Source: Ophelia neglecta
Taxonomy: Eukaryota
Assembly: GCA_965285935.1 (NCBI GenBank)
Contig: OZ260662.1
Coordinates: 34,658,001 to 34,722,000, forward strand
DNA: 64,000 nt
Reading direction: 5' to 3'
Within the stretch, counting starts at the first letter, position 1. Each line of letters begins with the position of its first letter. The notes below the pieces were generated by a model, which was not told where the DNA came from, did no database searches, and was given only the letters and a program-made list of their open reading frames with translations. Position numbers and translations under genes: made by a program. Below, piece by piece: positions 10,501 to 23,522 of this stretch.

Positions 10501-13500
10501 ATTTTTCTTTCATGTGGTATTCGTAATTGTGTTGGGACCACCCTGCCATTTATTTGTCGTCTGCAATTTTTACTTTCTTTATTGTCAGAGGTGGCTTGAA
10601 CTGGCTGTTAACTCATATCTACCTGCTTTTAAAGGTCTAGGCTTTGAAAAAATCAGTTTTCTTTACCAAGGACATGTGCTTTTATTCAGTCCAGTGTTAA
10701 CGTTTAAATAAAGATTTTTGCTCCTTTTTTACCTATTATTGATAGTTTAATTTCTAAGCCCGGCAGATTATTCGTCCACTTTTCCAGTGTGTTGACATTC
10801 TCCGCTGTGCTACCAGACCATGGATGGAGAATCAGGTTTTGTGGTATTCCCTGATCGAATGTCAACACAACTTAACAAACCTTGGGATATTTATTTTAGA
10901 AATTGGTGAAGCAACTTGAGTTCCTGTGACCCTGAAATGTCATAATGTTTTCTCCAAAATCAACCCCCAAAATCAACCAATACTAAAGGATTTAAATAAA
11001 GCTTGTATTAGCATTCAAACATCCTTTTTGTTTCTACATTTAGTAGATAATCCTTGCAGACTCTTCTTGCTAACTTATTTAAAGAATCATTGTAGAATTA
11101 ATGTTCCGCTTTTCAGTTGATTAAAATAACAGATTAAATTAATAAAACCCATGCAAGCTTGTGTCATCCAGTTTGTTAATGCAGTGAACTGAAAACCTGC
11201 ACAGATGTTAAACTGGGGAAGTCATTAAAAATGGTCACCCTTGAATGTTCCTAGATAAAAAGATGACCATAAGCGACATCCAGCCGTCCGTTACAAAGAA
11301 TATTTATTTTACACCTTCTAAAATGTTCACACTTTTAGCTGTAATGTCATGTAGTTACAACACTGTATCTGGGCAAGAACAAAGGAAGAGGGTGGACAGA
11401 GGAATTGACAAGAGACTGGCCTAAATATATTTTCACGTTTATTGAATTTAGTGCTCCTCTACCAGGGAAACTGCCATCTGCTCACCGGGCCCATAACATC
11501 CATTAAGGCCACTAGATAGTGGGTTAGATTTCTAAATACCATTAAGTAACTCGGGACCACATAATTAAAATTTAGAAATTAGGAAATTTAACCCAGCATT
11601 TGCAGATGTTTGGGCATTTGCTCTTGATGATCACCTGGTGCCAAAGTGTAGTAGTATTGCATAATGAACTGAAGCATACTTGCGCCTAGCCCCTGGGGCC
11701 GAGATCAAAATACCCTGGGGCCCCACTATGTGAATGGGTTAATTATAACTAGCGACTACAGAATGCAAAATAACAGAGTCTGTCTGAATGAATGTAGGCA
11801 GCACAAGGACAAATTAACATTTTCATTATGTCTGCCTGTGCAGACCAAAACAAAATATTTGTAATTAAAGGCCCTAGTTTGCCTTCTGTTTACTAACAGA
11901 CATGCGTTGTTATGTGTATACTGCCTGTCATTGTTTACAAAGGTACATATGTAGTACATGTGAAGGCCAGGAGGTGTCACTTGGACTCCTGTCAGTCTCC
12001 CCAGCCTCTTTACTAGAAACTGAGAGTAGGAATGATGAATTCATTCTACGCCCAGCTACAAATCATCTGCTCACGGCTAACCGCCAGCCCTATGTTCTCC
12101 CACATTCCTCTGCCACTCATCCTCTGTTTACACATATACATCAATCAGCCCTCATAGTTGTAACACTGGGTTTCTCACAATGTCAAAACTTATTCTGCAT
12201 AGCTTTCCATCATATCTCGCCCCTTCTTTTCTGTTGGGAAATGCCGAGCAATGATGGTTATCCTTTACCAAATGGTAATACTGTCCAACTGGTTCTGCCA
12301 TATCAAATTTAGAAAAAGTGGTTCCTTGTCTAAGTTAGCAAAACCAAATATTTACAGAGCATGTCTCTCGACAAAATTGTATTCACCGAGAGAAACATAG
12401 AAGCTCACGCTTGGAAGTGAAACGACATCGTAAGGAACCTGTGGTGAGCCATGTTGCCCTCTTAAAAAGAATGTCTTTTGTATTTCAAAACACCTTGTGC
12501 CCTGCCGATAACCACCCATCTCAACCTGCATCCAATATTGAAAAGTGCACCAATGCTTATTGTATTTTTTATCCAAATGATTAATCACGTTTATCGATTG
12601 GCAGTTAATTAACAAACCCCTATTGTGACCTGTTTATTCCACGGCATTGTAATTTTGATCGACACACTTTCCTTCTGACTATAGACATTATCTTCCAGTG
12701 AATGAGCATGAATTGCACAGAAATTAAAGATTCATGGCCAAGCCCCCCAGGAACTGTTGGTTCCACAGGTTCTGCCCATGCTGGTCATTCTTCCCATACC
12801 CAGCTGTTCAAGATGAATGTTTCAGACCTTTAGAGGTAGCGAGAATATGACAGAAATTAGTAAAATCAATAAAAAAACCAATTAGTTTAAAAATTAATCA
12901 TGACAGCAATGATTGACAAGCAGCACACTTATTTCTAATTGCCAGCAAGATAAACGTGTCACTAGTTTAATACGATCTGTACAGTGTGGTGAGGTAAATT
13001 GGCTGAGTGAATGTCTAGATCTGTTATGTGTATGTGAAAGCCTTGCAGTTAGCTTATTCTGAAAAGACGATGTGATTACACAGTTTTGAACCCTAAAACC
13101 ACACCTTTGCAGGTCACAGGCAAAGAAAATAAACCCCGACTACAACAAGCACCTTTCACATCATCGCAGTGTTCTTATATACATACAGTATATGTGTAAG
13201 CTTGTTGGTTACTTCTCAAGCCCTGCTTTTTGGCAGTTCTTGCCTACATTGCAAGCTCTTCCCATTTCTCATTCATCAGGTTGCTCTGCAGTTTTCATGG
13301 CATCTATTTCTCAGCTTGGTTCAGTGCCTGATGGATGAAAGTTTATGCAGCATTTGACAGGCAGGCATGCTCAGGGGTGCCAAAAGTTGTCCAAGTTCAC
13401 ACTCTCTGGCAAATCACTCTTCTGTATTTCTGGAATAGCCATAGTCTAGTGCTCTATGGACATTCCTGGAACTCCTATCTCCCCAAAATGAATTGACAAA

Positions 13501-13861
13501 CTTCAACTTTTCTTCATTCCGACTGTTTAACTATGGACTGTTAGTAATTAGAACTTGAAAATGTAACCAAGGGATTAGATTTCAACCAAATTTACCAGCT
13601 GAGATGAAGGTGATGAAACAAATAAGAGTGTTGTTAAAATACCAGTCATCATGTCAGAGTCGGGCTCGTAAAATTGTCAGGGTATTGACGACATCATGCT
13701 TTTTTTCTAGGGAGGTGTGAGTGGATGGATACTGGAGTAGGCGTTATTCCTTGGCCAATCCTGTATGGCTGGTGTTTAGGTGATATTTCCTGTCCAATCT
13801 TGTGTATCTGTTGGGTACTAGAGATAGCTTCGTCAGTTGATCCATTTCCTCGTTCCCATAG

Positions 13862-13891
13862 TACTCTGTCTCTCATCTTAACCAGGTAAGA
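13862..13891 (+). other. Secondary candidate recursive splice site, junction 13885|13886
   Basis: tactctgtctctcatcttaacCAG|GTAAGA: pyrimidine tract with juxtaposed acceptor and donor. Confidence 0.45.
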
Positions 13892-16800
13892 AAACAGAGT
13901 GGAAGGTCAGGCTATCTAGAGTGACCAAGGAGGCCCTTGGTTGTCTGGGCTTGCTCTGAAAGCAAACACAATCTGTCAAGGTAACCATCCCAGCAGCCAC
14001 TGAATTGACTGGGAATAGGGCAGAAGTAGTAGAGATGCCACAGCACAGCCTTCAAAGATAAAGGTATCAAAGCCCTCGCTGACATCTAACACCACCTTCA
14101 AAGGTACCTGACCACTTGGGCTGGAAAATGCTTCAGTTCTAGATGGCTGCTTCTTTGATTTGTCTATCAATCTTGGTGTCTTTCTTGCAGGCAGCCACCC
14201 CAGTACAATATATCGAACAAAACACCTTGTCCCAAACAAAATACCATGTCCTGTTGACCTCTCTCACCACCAAACAGCAGCCATATGGCCCCGTAAAAAG
14301 AGATTGTACACAGATCAGTTGTATGGCATGCTGAAAGATAGAATGAAATTGGCCTGTTTAGTGATGAGGCTTCTGCTGGCTTCTAATGATATTCTGATGG
14401 TATTTGCCAGAGAGATAATAGTGATCATCTGGGGGGCTGACCCAGAGGTGTTTCCCAGATCACTGGCGTGGGATTAGTCGTGGGATTAGTCGTATTAGGA
14501 TTAGAGCAAGTGGTTCAGAGGCAGGTGATTCATCCAATGATACATGTACCTTGTTGCATGTCTGTTGCTCTGGTGTGATAAATTACCTGCATTGATGGCA
14601 TATTGCATGCACCCACAAAACAGGATTAATAACCTAGTCATTCCAAATCTAACCACCAACCAAACAAAATCAACAATATCACCTCCCTGCTACTAGTCTG
14701 GCATAGCAATAAGAAGACTATACAGTGATGTAGTGGATAAATTCATATGAATACACTAGTTTTTCTTCACTTTCATTTGGTCTCTTATTGTAGATTCAGC
14801 ATATATTTCACCTGTTCTATGATGAAGATTGATATGCCTGACCTTTGGCCATCCTATCCAGGAAGTCAGCCTAATGAATGTCTTCCTATGAGGAGATAAT
14901 TAAGTTTCTCATGCTAGGTTTAGCCATTGTCAAGAAGGGGCCCTGGCTTACTTGGTTTGTCACTCTGTAGCCTTGTCACACCTTCCAGGTCTTACATCTG
15001 TGATGGACACTAACACCTCAATGATAGCAGAAGTATCCCCTTTCTACAGGCTTATTCTATAAGCCTTTCTTAATAATGGATGATATGTTAGTCCCCTGAG
15101 TCAGCTAGAGAACTAGCGTGGCAATAAGACATCATTCCAAACAGCATCTTTCTCGAAACCTCTAGTTTTACAATAAATATGATGTCTTTCAGCAGGGAGC
15201 TCCCTGCGAGATTCTCCCTATCAGATAAAACATGACAGATTAATATACTTTTCTGTGTTTATGACTCATAAGTTAATGTAACATCATCATTGTGCTAAAT
15301 ATCATTATGGACTTGGTTTTTGAGATTTTTAGCTCATATTAACCATCCTGCAGGCTGCAGCCATATGTGTAGTTTGGGAAAAAGCAAATCCATGTTTAAG
15401 TGAAAAATAATCATCCGTTTTTCTCAAGACATGCTGGTTTAGATAAAACAGCACATGTTGTGTGACTTGATATTTGGAGATGATTACCATTAATGCTGTA
15501 ATGTGACTGGCTCAAGGCCTAGCCATTGTTAGTTTGTGTATCTGGCAAATGTGTACACATGGGCACAAGCAAACAAGTGGGGCTGGTGAACCTTCAAGAT
15601 AATGTCACCCAGGTGGCACCTAAGTTTATGGTCTGGATTGATAAGGCATTCCATAAACATAGAAAACAGGGCGGATAAAATACCCAGCCGCTATTTCACC
15701 TGGGGTATAAACAAACTGCTTGGCGAAGCTGACAGTTTACAAATCTGGCCTCATGCTGTTGTTGAAATGCAGAGGATGTACAAATTACTAGTGCCTTGTT
15801 TCTTTCATGGTTTGGTTTCTGCGGAGAAATTCACATTATTTCTCTTTGGTCCCTTATTTTGCTAGATAGAACTCAGTAAGCTATTAAATATCAGAGTTCA
15901 TGTTGACATTGTTCATGAATTGTGTTGGAAAGCTCTTGGATTTTGGGTTGATTTTCTTAGGCTTGAGACTTGATATCAGTCAGAAAATCTTCAGCATGTT
16001 CTCAGAAAATATTTGGTAGATTCTGGACAACTTTGATAGTTTATTTTATCAGTGATTCAGAACAGGTTACATTGTATTTATGTGGGTCGTGTTGGAACTC
16101 TGCTCATGATCAGGTGTCACATGCTTTCAGGTCCTCTTGTCAGAAAATTGAGAAGTGGTGCTGTAGGTGAGCACTCTGTACCACTGGCAGTAGGATGGCA
16201 GTACAGGGTTCCCAGATAACAATCTGCCCTCTGACTGTGCTTACTGCTCAATTTTCTCCCATTACAAAAGTGCCTGCAGGCAGGTTTGACTGTGGAAACA
16301 CTTCAGAATATAGTGTTTCTGATAATGAAGACTGCATAATTTTCTGGTCGAAGATATGTTCAAGTATTTCCAGTCTTGCTTGTCTCTACTGCACATAAAC
16401 GCAGTCGGTGATATATGGAACCTAGCGTCCTTTATCGTGTAATCCCACCTCAGGTATCAAGAAATGGCCCGCAAGGATGCCTAGAGTCTATGCAGCTATC
16501 TTCATAAGTTGTTGAAGCTTTCAAACAAATTCACCGAGGGCTTCATCTAATGTCTTATAAGTATTGGGAAGGCGTCCAAAGATGAGCGTAATGTGGCAGT
16601 GAGGTCCACAATGTGTGCTAATCAGATAATGAATTGCTCCAGCTACTTGCTGTGTACTACAGATTATTACTCCCATGTGTGTATAGAGGCAACGATATGA
16701 AGATGTACTACATGTATATGTACATGTACAAATGTATGTAACTCCATTCCGCTCTCATTTATGAGTGCCATTTTCATGATTTTATGGGAATTCAAACAAT

Positions 16801-19800
16801 TCTTTTTATTCTTGGTCCTTTATTCTTCAAATAAACACATGTACATGGATATCTAGTATACTGAATGCTTTATTTTCATTAGACCATTTGTTCAGGAATT
16901 CAATTATGTGTAATTTCACAGTGCACCACTTTTTCATAATCTTGGTCTGTGAAATAAGTTCCATGAGAGGCATGAGTTAAGTTATATTCACTGTGGCAGA
17001 TTTCATTTCTATAAAGCAACAAACTGATATTGAACTACACGTTGTATGTATTTAGTAACATAGTAACTTTAAACATAACTTTCATAGGATTTTCCATATA
17101 TTTTAAGATCTTGAGATTGCAATTTATTGAATTTTTAAATTATGGCATTAAAGTCAGAATGTTTATGCTGTACTTAATTTTTCAATACAAGCACAAACTT
17201 TAAAAGAAGGAAGGCATGTCAACATTTAATGTTTTACATTACTGGGCTAGCGAAGATTGTTATAGAAGATTGTCATCTGGAACCTCAAGGATCCCTCTCT
17301 GAGGGGCCCCATGCTGCAGCAGAAGTGCTGTGTCCTCAACTATATTGACAGGCTTCATTCGTCCATTTGACCTGGTCCTGATGTGTGGAGGCTGGTACAC
17401 CATCAGTGTAGGTCACCTTGATTGGTCAACCAAGTTGCCCATAGGCCAATATTAAATTATAGAGGGGTTGACTAAATCCATACTCCACTGGATTGAGTCT
17501 TGTGTGGTCCTCTCCTATCCACATGTAGATGAAAACAGTCATTATGGTGTAATCTCTGTCTGGCCTCACCTAGTCTGCTAATTGATGCCCTCTGCTACAG
17601 GAGTGTTTCTTTCATTGTTTATTGATAATGGTTCAGTCCCTCTAGGTGATTACCTTGTGCTTAGATCTATAAAAAGGAGGAGAGATAACAGGCAGGAGTT
17701 CAATCTTGCATGTGCCTGAATTGTTTCAGAGCCTAAAAAAAATGTGCCTGATTTATCACACCTTTTTCAACTTTTTATCTGTTATCTTTCTTTGTAAATT
17801 TAAATTTTATTTACTTAACTTTGGTTTCCAGTGTATTTTTATCCCAAATGTTGGATATCCAACCTGATTAAACAGGGAATATAACTGTTCTAAAGGTACA
17901 CCATTTTGCTCTTCTATCATCAGTTGGAACATGTATATATATATATGTATGTGTAATGTAATATTCCTAGATATTGACTGAGATCAACAGGTATTTTTAA
18001 TACATAAGCTACATTTCATATTAAGTTTGCTTCTTATCAAACCTGTTTTGTGCATGACTGGCACCACTGCATTGTAAATGAGCTGGTTGGTTGTTCCAGC
18101 CCTCAGCCTATATAATTAGTGCATGTACAGTTCATACATATTGGACTGGAGGGATACAGCAGGTCCTTAAAATCAGCTCCTGGCCAATATCAGATACCAG
18201 TAATTATTGCCTGTGTTTGGTTCAGACTGCTCTATCAGGGACTGGGTTCAGCCATTTGGCGAGCTGCGTTTGGCAAGCTGCGGATCATCAACCACATCAT
18301 TGATTAGACCTGGACAGGGAGATGGTCTGAGAGGGTTCATAATGGCCAAGAAAGCTCCTAATCTGCCAGGGGATTCTATGGGCCACTCTCCTCAAGCAGA
18401 ACAGGAAGCCCGAGAGTTCATCACAGGCTCTGCACCACTGTAGAACCCCTTATCCAAAGTGGCTCCCAAAGGCTCATAAGCCCCAATCCATTGAAATGCG
18501 TGAACTTCTCTGGTAATTTTTCCTGGGTGATACGGCATGCCCAGAAAGCTTGAAAGTCATGGGTATATAATTGCACTTTACTGGGCTCTGTGATCTCAGC
18601 TGAATATACTTGATGTTCAGGGTACCTAGCAACAATCATGGCCCATCAAGACACATAATTTACCAAAGCAGATGGTCTGATGAAAAAACAAGATTTGAGG
18701 TTGGAAACCTCTGGTGTAATGTGCTTATTTAAATGGAGGGTGTGAGCCCAGAATACATAACAAACTTATTAATTGAATGGTATCCATCTCTTGGGTCAGA
18801 AGTAGGGTGTAGCTCCAGGGACCAACTGCTAAGTAATCTCGTCATGCTAGCCGGGACCTGATAGAATCTGACTGGGCTATTTGTAGAAAATGAAGACAAA
18901 AATATGCATCGACATGCTTGTTCACTATAAGGATGTTCCTTTTCATTCTTCCTGCATCAAAAGTGGGCAGTAAAATTAATGCAGTTCGGCCTGTATATGA
19001 GGTGGCCCCTAACACATTCTCCTTGTTTTTTTGTACATATGGGCATTACTTCTCATGGCAGTCAAGCTGCAAAGGCTCATATAACCCCATTCCATTGGGC
19101 AGATATGCATTTTTCATTTGTGCTGGATATCCCTGGTTTATATTGCATTAAGCCTAGACTTACTTTTATGCATTATCTGAAAGGAGATGGTCATTTCAGC
19201 AGAACTAACAAATTATGCTATTTTTATCTTGATACAAGGCTGCATACAGATGGACATGCAAAGAGAGAGGATGCTACAGTTTGTTTTGAGCATTCCAAAT
19301 ATTGTTCTCTCTGCTTGTGTTTCACCTTACAATGAACTTGTACTTGCATAGAACAATATTTTAGTGTTCCAAGTATAATTTGAACCGCTGGAAACTGTAG
19401 TAGTCATTTCGAAACAATTGTTTAGTGATCTGGCTCAAGGGAATGAACTGTTGGAGACTGTTCTTGTCATATTCACGGTCTCCTGTCTGAGGATTGCCTG
19501 TCCTCTGTCAAATCCATTAGACCATTAGTGAGAGATCTTCCAGGTTTTCTTTCTCTCTGCCCTACCTTTGGACGTCATTTTCAGCCATTACACGCATTTC
19601 TCCTAGACCATTATTGAGTCTGCTTTCCATCATCGCTAACTGATTGGCTAACTTTGAGCTGGATGCAACATAACGAGCAGAAAGGATTTTGTCATCCATT
19701 TCCACCAGTGCTGCCTCCTTATAATGAAGATACAATCAGGCAATGATGTGACTATTAATGCAGTTTGATCCCCAAGCCAAAGTCAGGTATCATTCATCAT

Positions 19801-21930
19801 TGACTGGGTAGGCCCTGACACTACTACTGTAAACCCCATCAAACCTCTGGGTATCTGACCAGCAATATAGATTGGGAGAGCACATTAGTCAACCCTCTGT
19901 GGTATCTTCCCACTAGGCCCTGTTGTACTTGGCTGATACCATTCATCAGCACCCATACCCAAACATGACAAGCTACTTAACATTCTTTGAAAAAACTAAC
20001 TAGCTGCTACACCTAGCTCCTAATACTCCAGCCACATCTACTGCTAACCATCAATCAGGCCTCGCTCCGCCAACTGATTTCATTGAATATCAATTGAAGC
20101 TTTGATCGCTTGGTTGCTGTGAAAAGAATATAAGCCTTGCCTCTTACATGTTAATCAGCATCTTTTTTCTCTAGCTTGGCCCTTTTTTATATAATCGAGC
20201 GATGCCGGAGGTCTCTTGGCCCAGCTTGGTCCTGTTCAGAGTTACCTTATGATGGTGCCGGTTGTGATATGCCTCAATGGATTCCGTCTCCTGTTGCCTC
20301 ACTTGTGCATATAAATGATTTCTAGTTGCTTAGACTGTGATCATGTGTTGATGCACCCAGTTTAATGTTAATCCAACATTGGCAGAATGGATGAGAGACA
20401 GATGTACTGTCTGCACATGCTTAGCCATTCAATATGGATTATGGATTATCTCTAGGCCAACCAAACAGTCCAATTTTATATCTCGGGAAATGTAGAAATA
20501 ACTCACAAGGGGGGTACCCCTGGAATGAAACTTGTGAGGATCAGCGAAGTCCGCTCTTTTAATTTTTATTTGAGTGTTTTATCTTAAGATTGGCCAAATG
20601 ACACTATTATTGTTTATTCATGCAATGTTTTAGTAGTTGTATAATTGTATTATCTTTGAGCAACATGGTTATAAATGATTGAATGTATCTTTTTGTGAAT
20701 GAAAAACACATGTTCAACATTTGAGCAGTTTCCATCTTACAGCTCCAACTTGAAATGTGTATAATGTAGAATTGGCAAGAGCCCCAAGGCAAATGTTTGC
20801 TGTCCCCTTTTGTGAGATCAGCCTGTCTAATGTCAAATGAGTTGAGTTTTCATTGTGTCCCCAATCCTTGCCTGCAGCACTCAATTTCCTGTATTCGTTT
20901 TTAAGATTCATCCAATTCACTCTAGAAAATCCGATGCAACAGTCGAAGAGGTTGAGAAACTGTTTGTTCAGATAATCCAGTCTATTTCACAGATTTAATC
21001 TTCAAATGAACCTCAGTTTTCTATAGTCTAGATAGTCCAAAAGAGCATGTCCTTGGCATTTGTCTGTTGATTGAGAAGAGGAATTTTTAGAATATTAATG
21101 TTTTAGGTGCCCGGTGTTTGATTACAATGGCCTGGGTAGAAAGCAGTGTGGGGGCTGCCCCAATCTCCAGCTAATTACTCTAATTGTTGTCTTCTCTTTT
21201 GTCTCTGAGAGACCTGATTGGAGTTTTTTAAAGGGTGCTTTGTGGTAACGGCCCCAGAGTGGCGTCTCATTGTCTTTGCTATCTCATCAATCAGCGCACA
21301 CATGCTGATCTTGTGGCAGGATGAGCCTGCCTGGTTATTCATGAGCACGGCCTGACACCTTGATGCACTGTCCAGGAACATCATAGAGATGGTGCCACTT
21401 CCTGGTGGAGATCTGAGGACTTCCCAGTTGAGGGTCCTCCCTTAGTTAGACCCCTGGCGGTGCCAGGCTTTGGTTGTCCCCTTCTCAGTATAATGAATCA
21501 AAATGACTGTAGTGCATCAAAACACATGAATAGGAGTGCAGGTATAGCAGTGAAACCTTACCAACTAATGTAACCAAGAATAGATCTGCAGGTATTGCAA
21601 AAAAATCATATCTTAGGCGTCTGAAAACCCAGATTACTGGTGCCATGTCTATTTTATGTGATAAGCATATCTTTGTCTTGCTGATAATTTACGATCATTA
21701 AGGAAAACAATCTATTTAGAGGCAGTTCAGAGGAAACTGCTTAACTCCTTTGAACCACTATGGAAACAATTAGATAGTTAAATTTGATTTTTATGTAGTA
21801 ATGTACACCCCTTGTAAGATGAAATTTTCTACTTAGTTGGAGCAGATCGTTATTAGACTTAATTAAAGTGACTCTGCAATTAATGAATCATGTTGGTGTC
21901 AACTGCTTGGCAGTTGCCGAGAGGCTGGCT

Positions 21931-21956
21931 CTTGAATTTTTTATGTTCAGGTAATA
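21931..21956 (+). other. Secondary candidate recursive splice site, junction 21950|21951
   Basis: cttgaattttttatgttCAG|GTAATA. Confidence 0.4.
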
Positions 21957-23456
21957 TTACATTGGCAATATCACCGGGACTAACTAGTGTAGCCAGACAA
22001 AGTGGCTAGCTTGTATTGAGTCACTCACAGTCCCCATCATCCATTTCCTAGGTTTTCTAGCTAGCATGGCTATTTTAAAAGAAGCTTCCCCACAGCTGTC
22101 TCCATATTCAGCTAATTGAATCTGAACCCCTGCAGTTTTCCACTTGAACACAATATAATTTGAAAGCCAGGAAACATGTTCCATTTTCATACTTCATTAT
22201 TTTCATCAGGATCCATTCAACTGGGCAGCATTCAGTTTGGAGCCCTGTCATTTCTTTGGGGCTCTGGATGAATCACTTTTTGAGATCAGGGTGAATTGAG
22301 TGATGATCATTTGTTAGGATAGCTTGGAGACAGGATTCTTCTGGGGTGCATAATTAGCAAATTAATGTGCTACAGTGTAATCCAATCTTGTGTAGTGCTG
22401 ATTATGAATTCATGTTCCAGCACAGTGATATTTGAAATAATGTAAAGCTATTAGGAAATCCAGAATGATTGACGGGCATTGTTCAGGGATGTTTTTGACC
22501 ATGCATGCAGGTATTATCTAGTCACGAATTTTTATGTAGTGGCAGAATACCAAAATCATTAGTCTGAAGTAGTCTGTGATTTGCTCCCAGCTGATCACAA
22601 TTTGTTCTAAAATTGTTCCTTTAGGCAACTGGTAGGTGTTCCTGCTTCATGAGGAATACAATGGTTGCTATCTATTTGTCACAATTACATTGCTGTTAAA
22701 CCTCTTTAAGTGTCTTTTTTCTGCCTGTGGGGGTGTGGATTGCAGGATATGAATGATACATATGCATGTCTGGAAGGTGTGTAAGGCATTTCACATGCTT
22801 GTTTTATGAGCCAGTACTTAACTCATCACCAGTGAGGGGATTCTGCTTGGAGCAAGCTAGACCTTATGAATGAAATATGCAATATACCATCTACATGGCT
22901 CCCTGCAAATACATGAACTGAATATCCAGATTGGAGATCAATGTACATGTAAATGTTCATCTCCATGTATATGTATGTCATTTCTCGCCATGTGGTGCAA
23001 TATTCTCTATTTACAAAGGAGTATCATGATATAAGGTTTCATTGTGCAGCATGTTGAATACAGCCGCATTCTGTCTGCTAGTATATTCCTGGTGTCTGTT
23101 TTAGTTTCTGGCAGGAGAATGTACTGTGATTGGTTTCTTATCGCTGACAATGAGCAGCATGTTTCCAAAGCCTGCCAGGCTGGCCAACTTAGCCACTCAT
23201 GGGCTCACTTCTACCCCCAAACTGAACTTGCATAGCTCATTGTGTAGTAATAAATCCTCTTGTATCTGGCAGGTCGGAAAGAAGGTGATACGAACCATTG
23301 AGGGCAGGTTATCAATGGACAAACAGAAAGGTGAATTATTAGATGGCATTATCTGGTTCCTGTCTTGCTGACAGTTTGTTTTACTTGATAGTCACATTGT
23401 CAGCAACTTTTGTACACACCTGTAAACTAGATAAGTTTGTAAAGACCAAGTTGCCT

Positions 23457-23522
23457 GGGGTGTAGACTGTCCGCAGTGGATTTACTGCCGGGGTGTAGAC
23501 TGTCCGCAGTGGATTTACTGCC
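23457..23522. repeat. Perfect 33-bp tandem duplication (GGGGTGTAGACTGTCCGCAGTGGATTTACTGCC x2)
   Basis: Units at 23457-23489 and 23490-23522 are identical. Confidence 0.95.
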
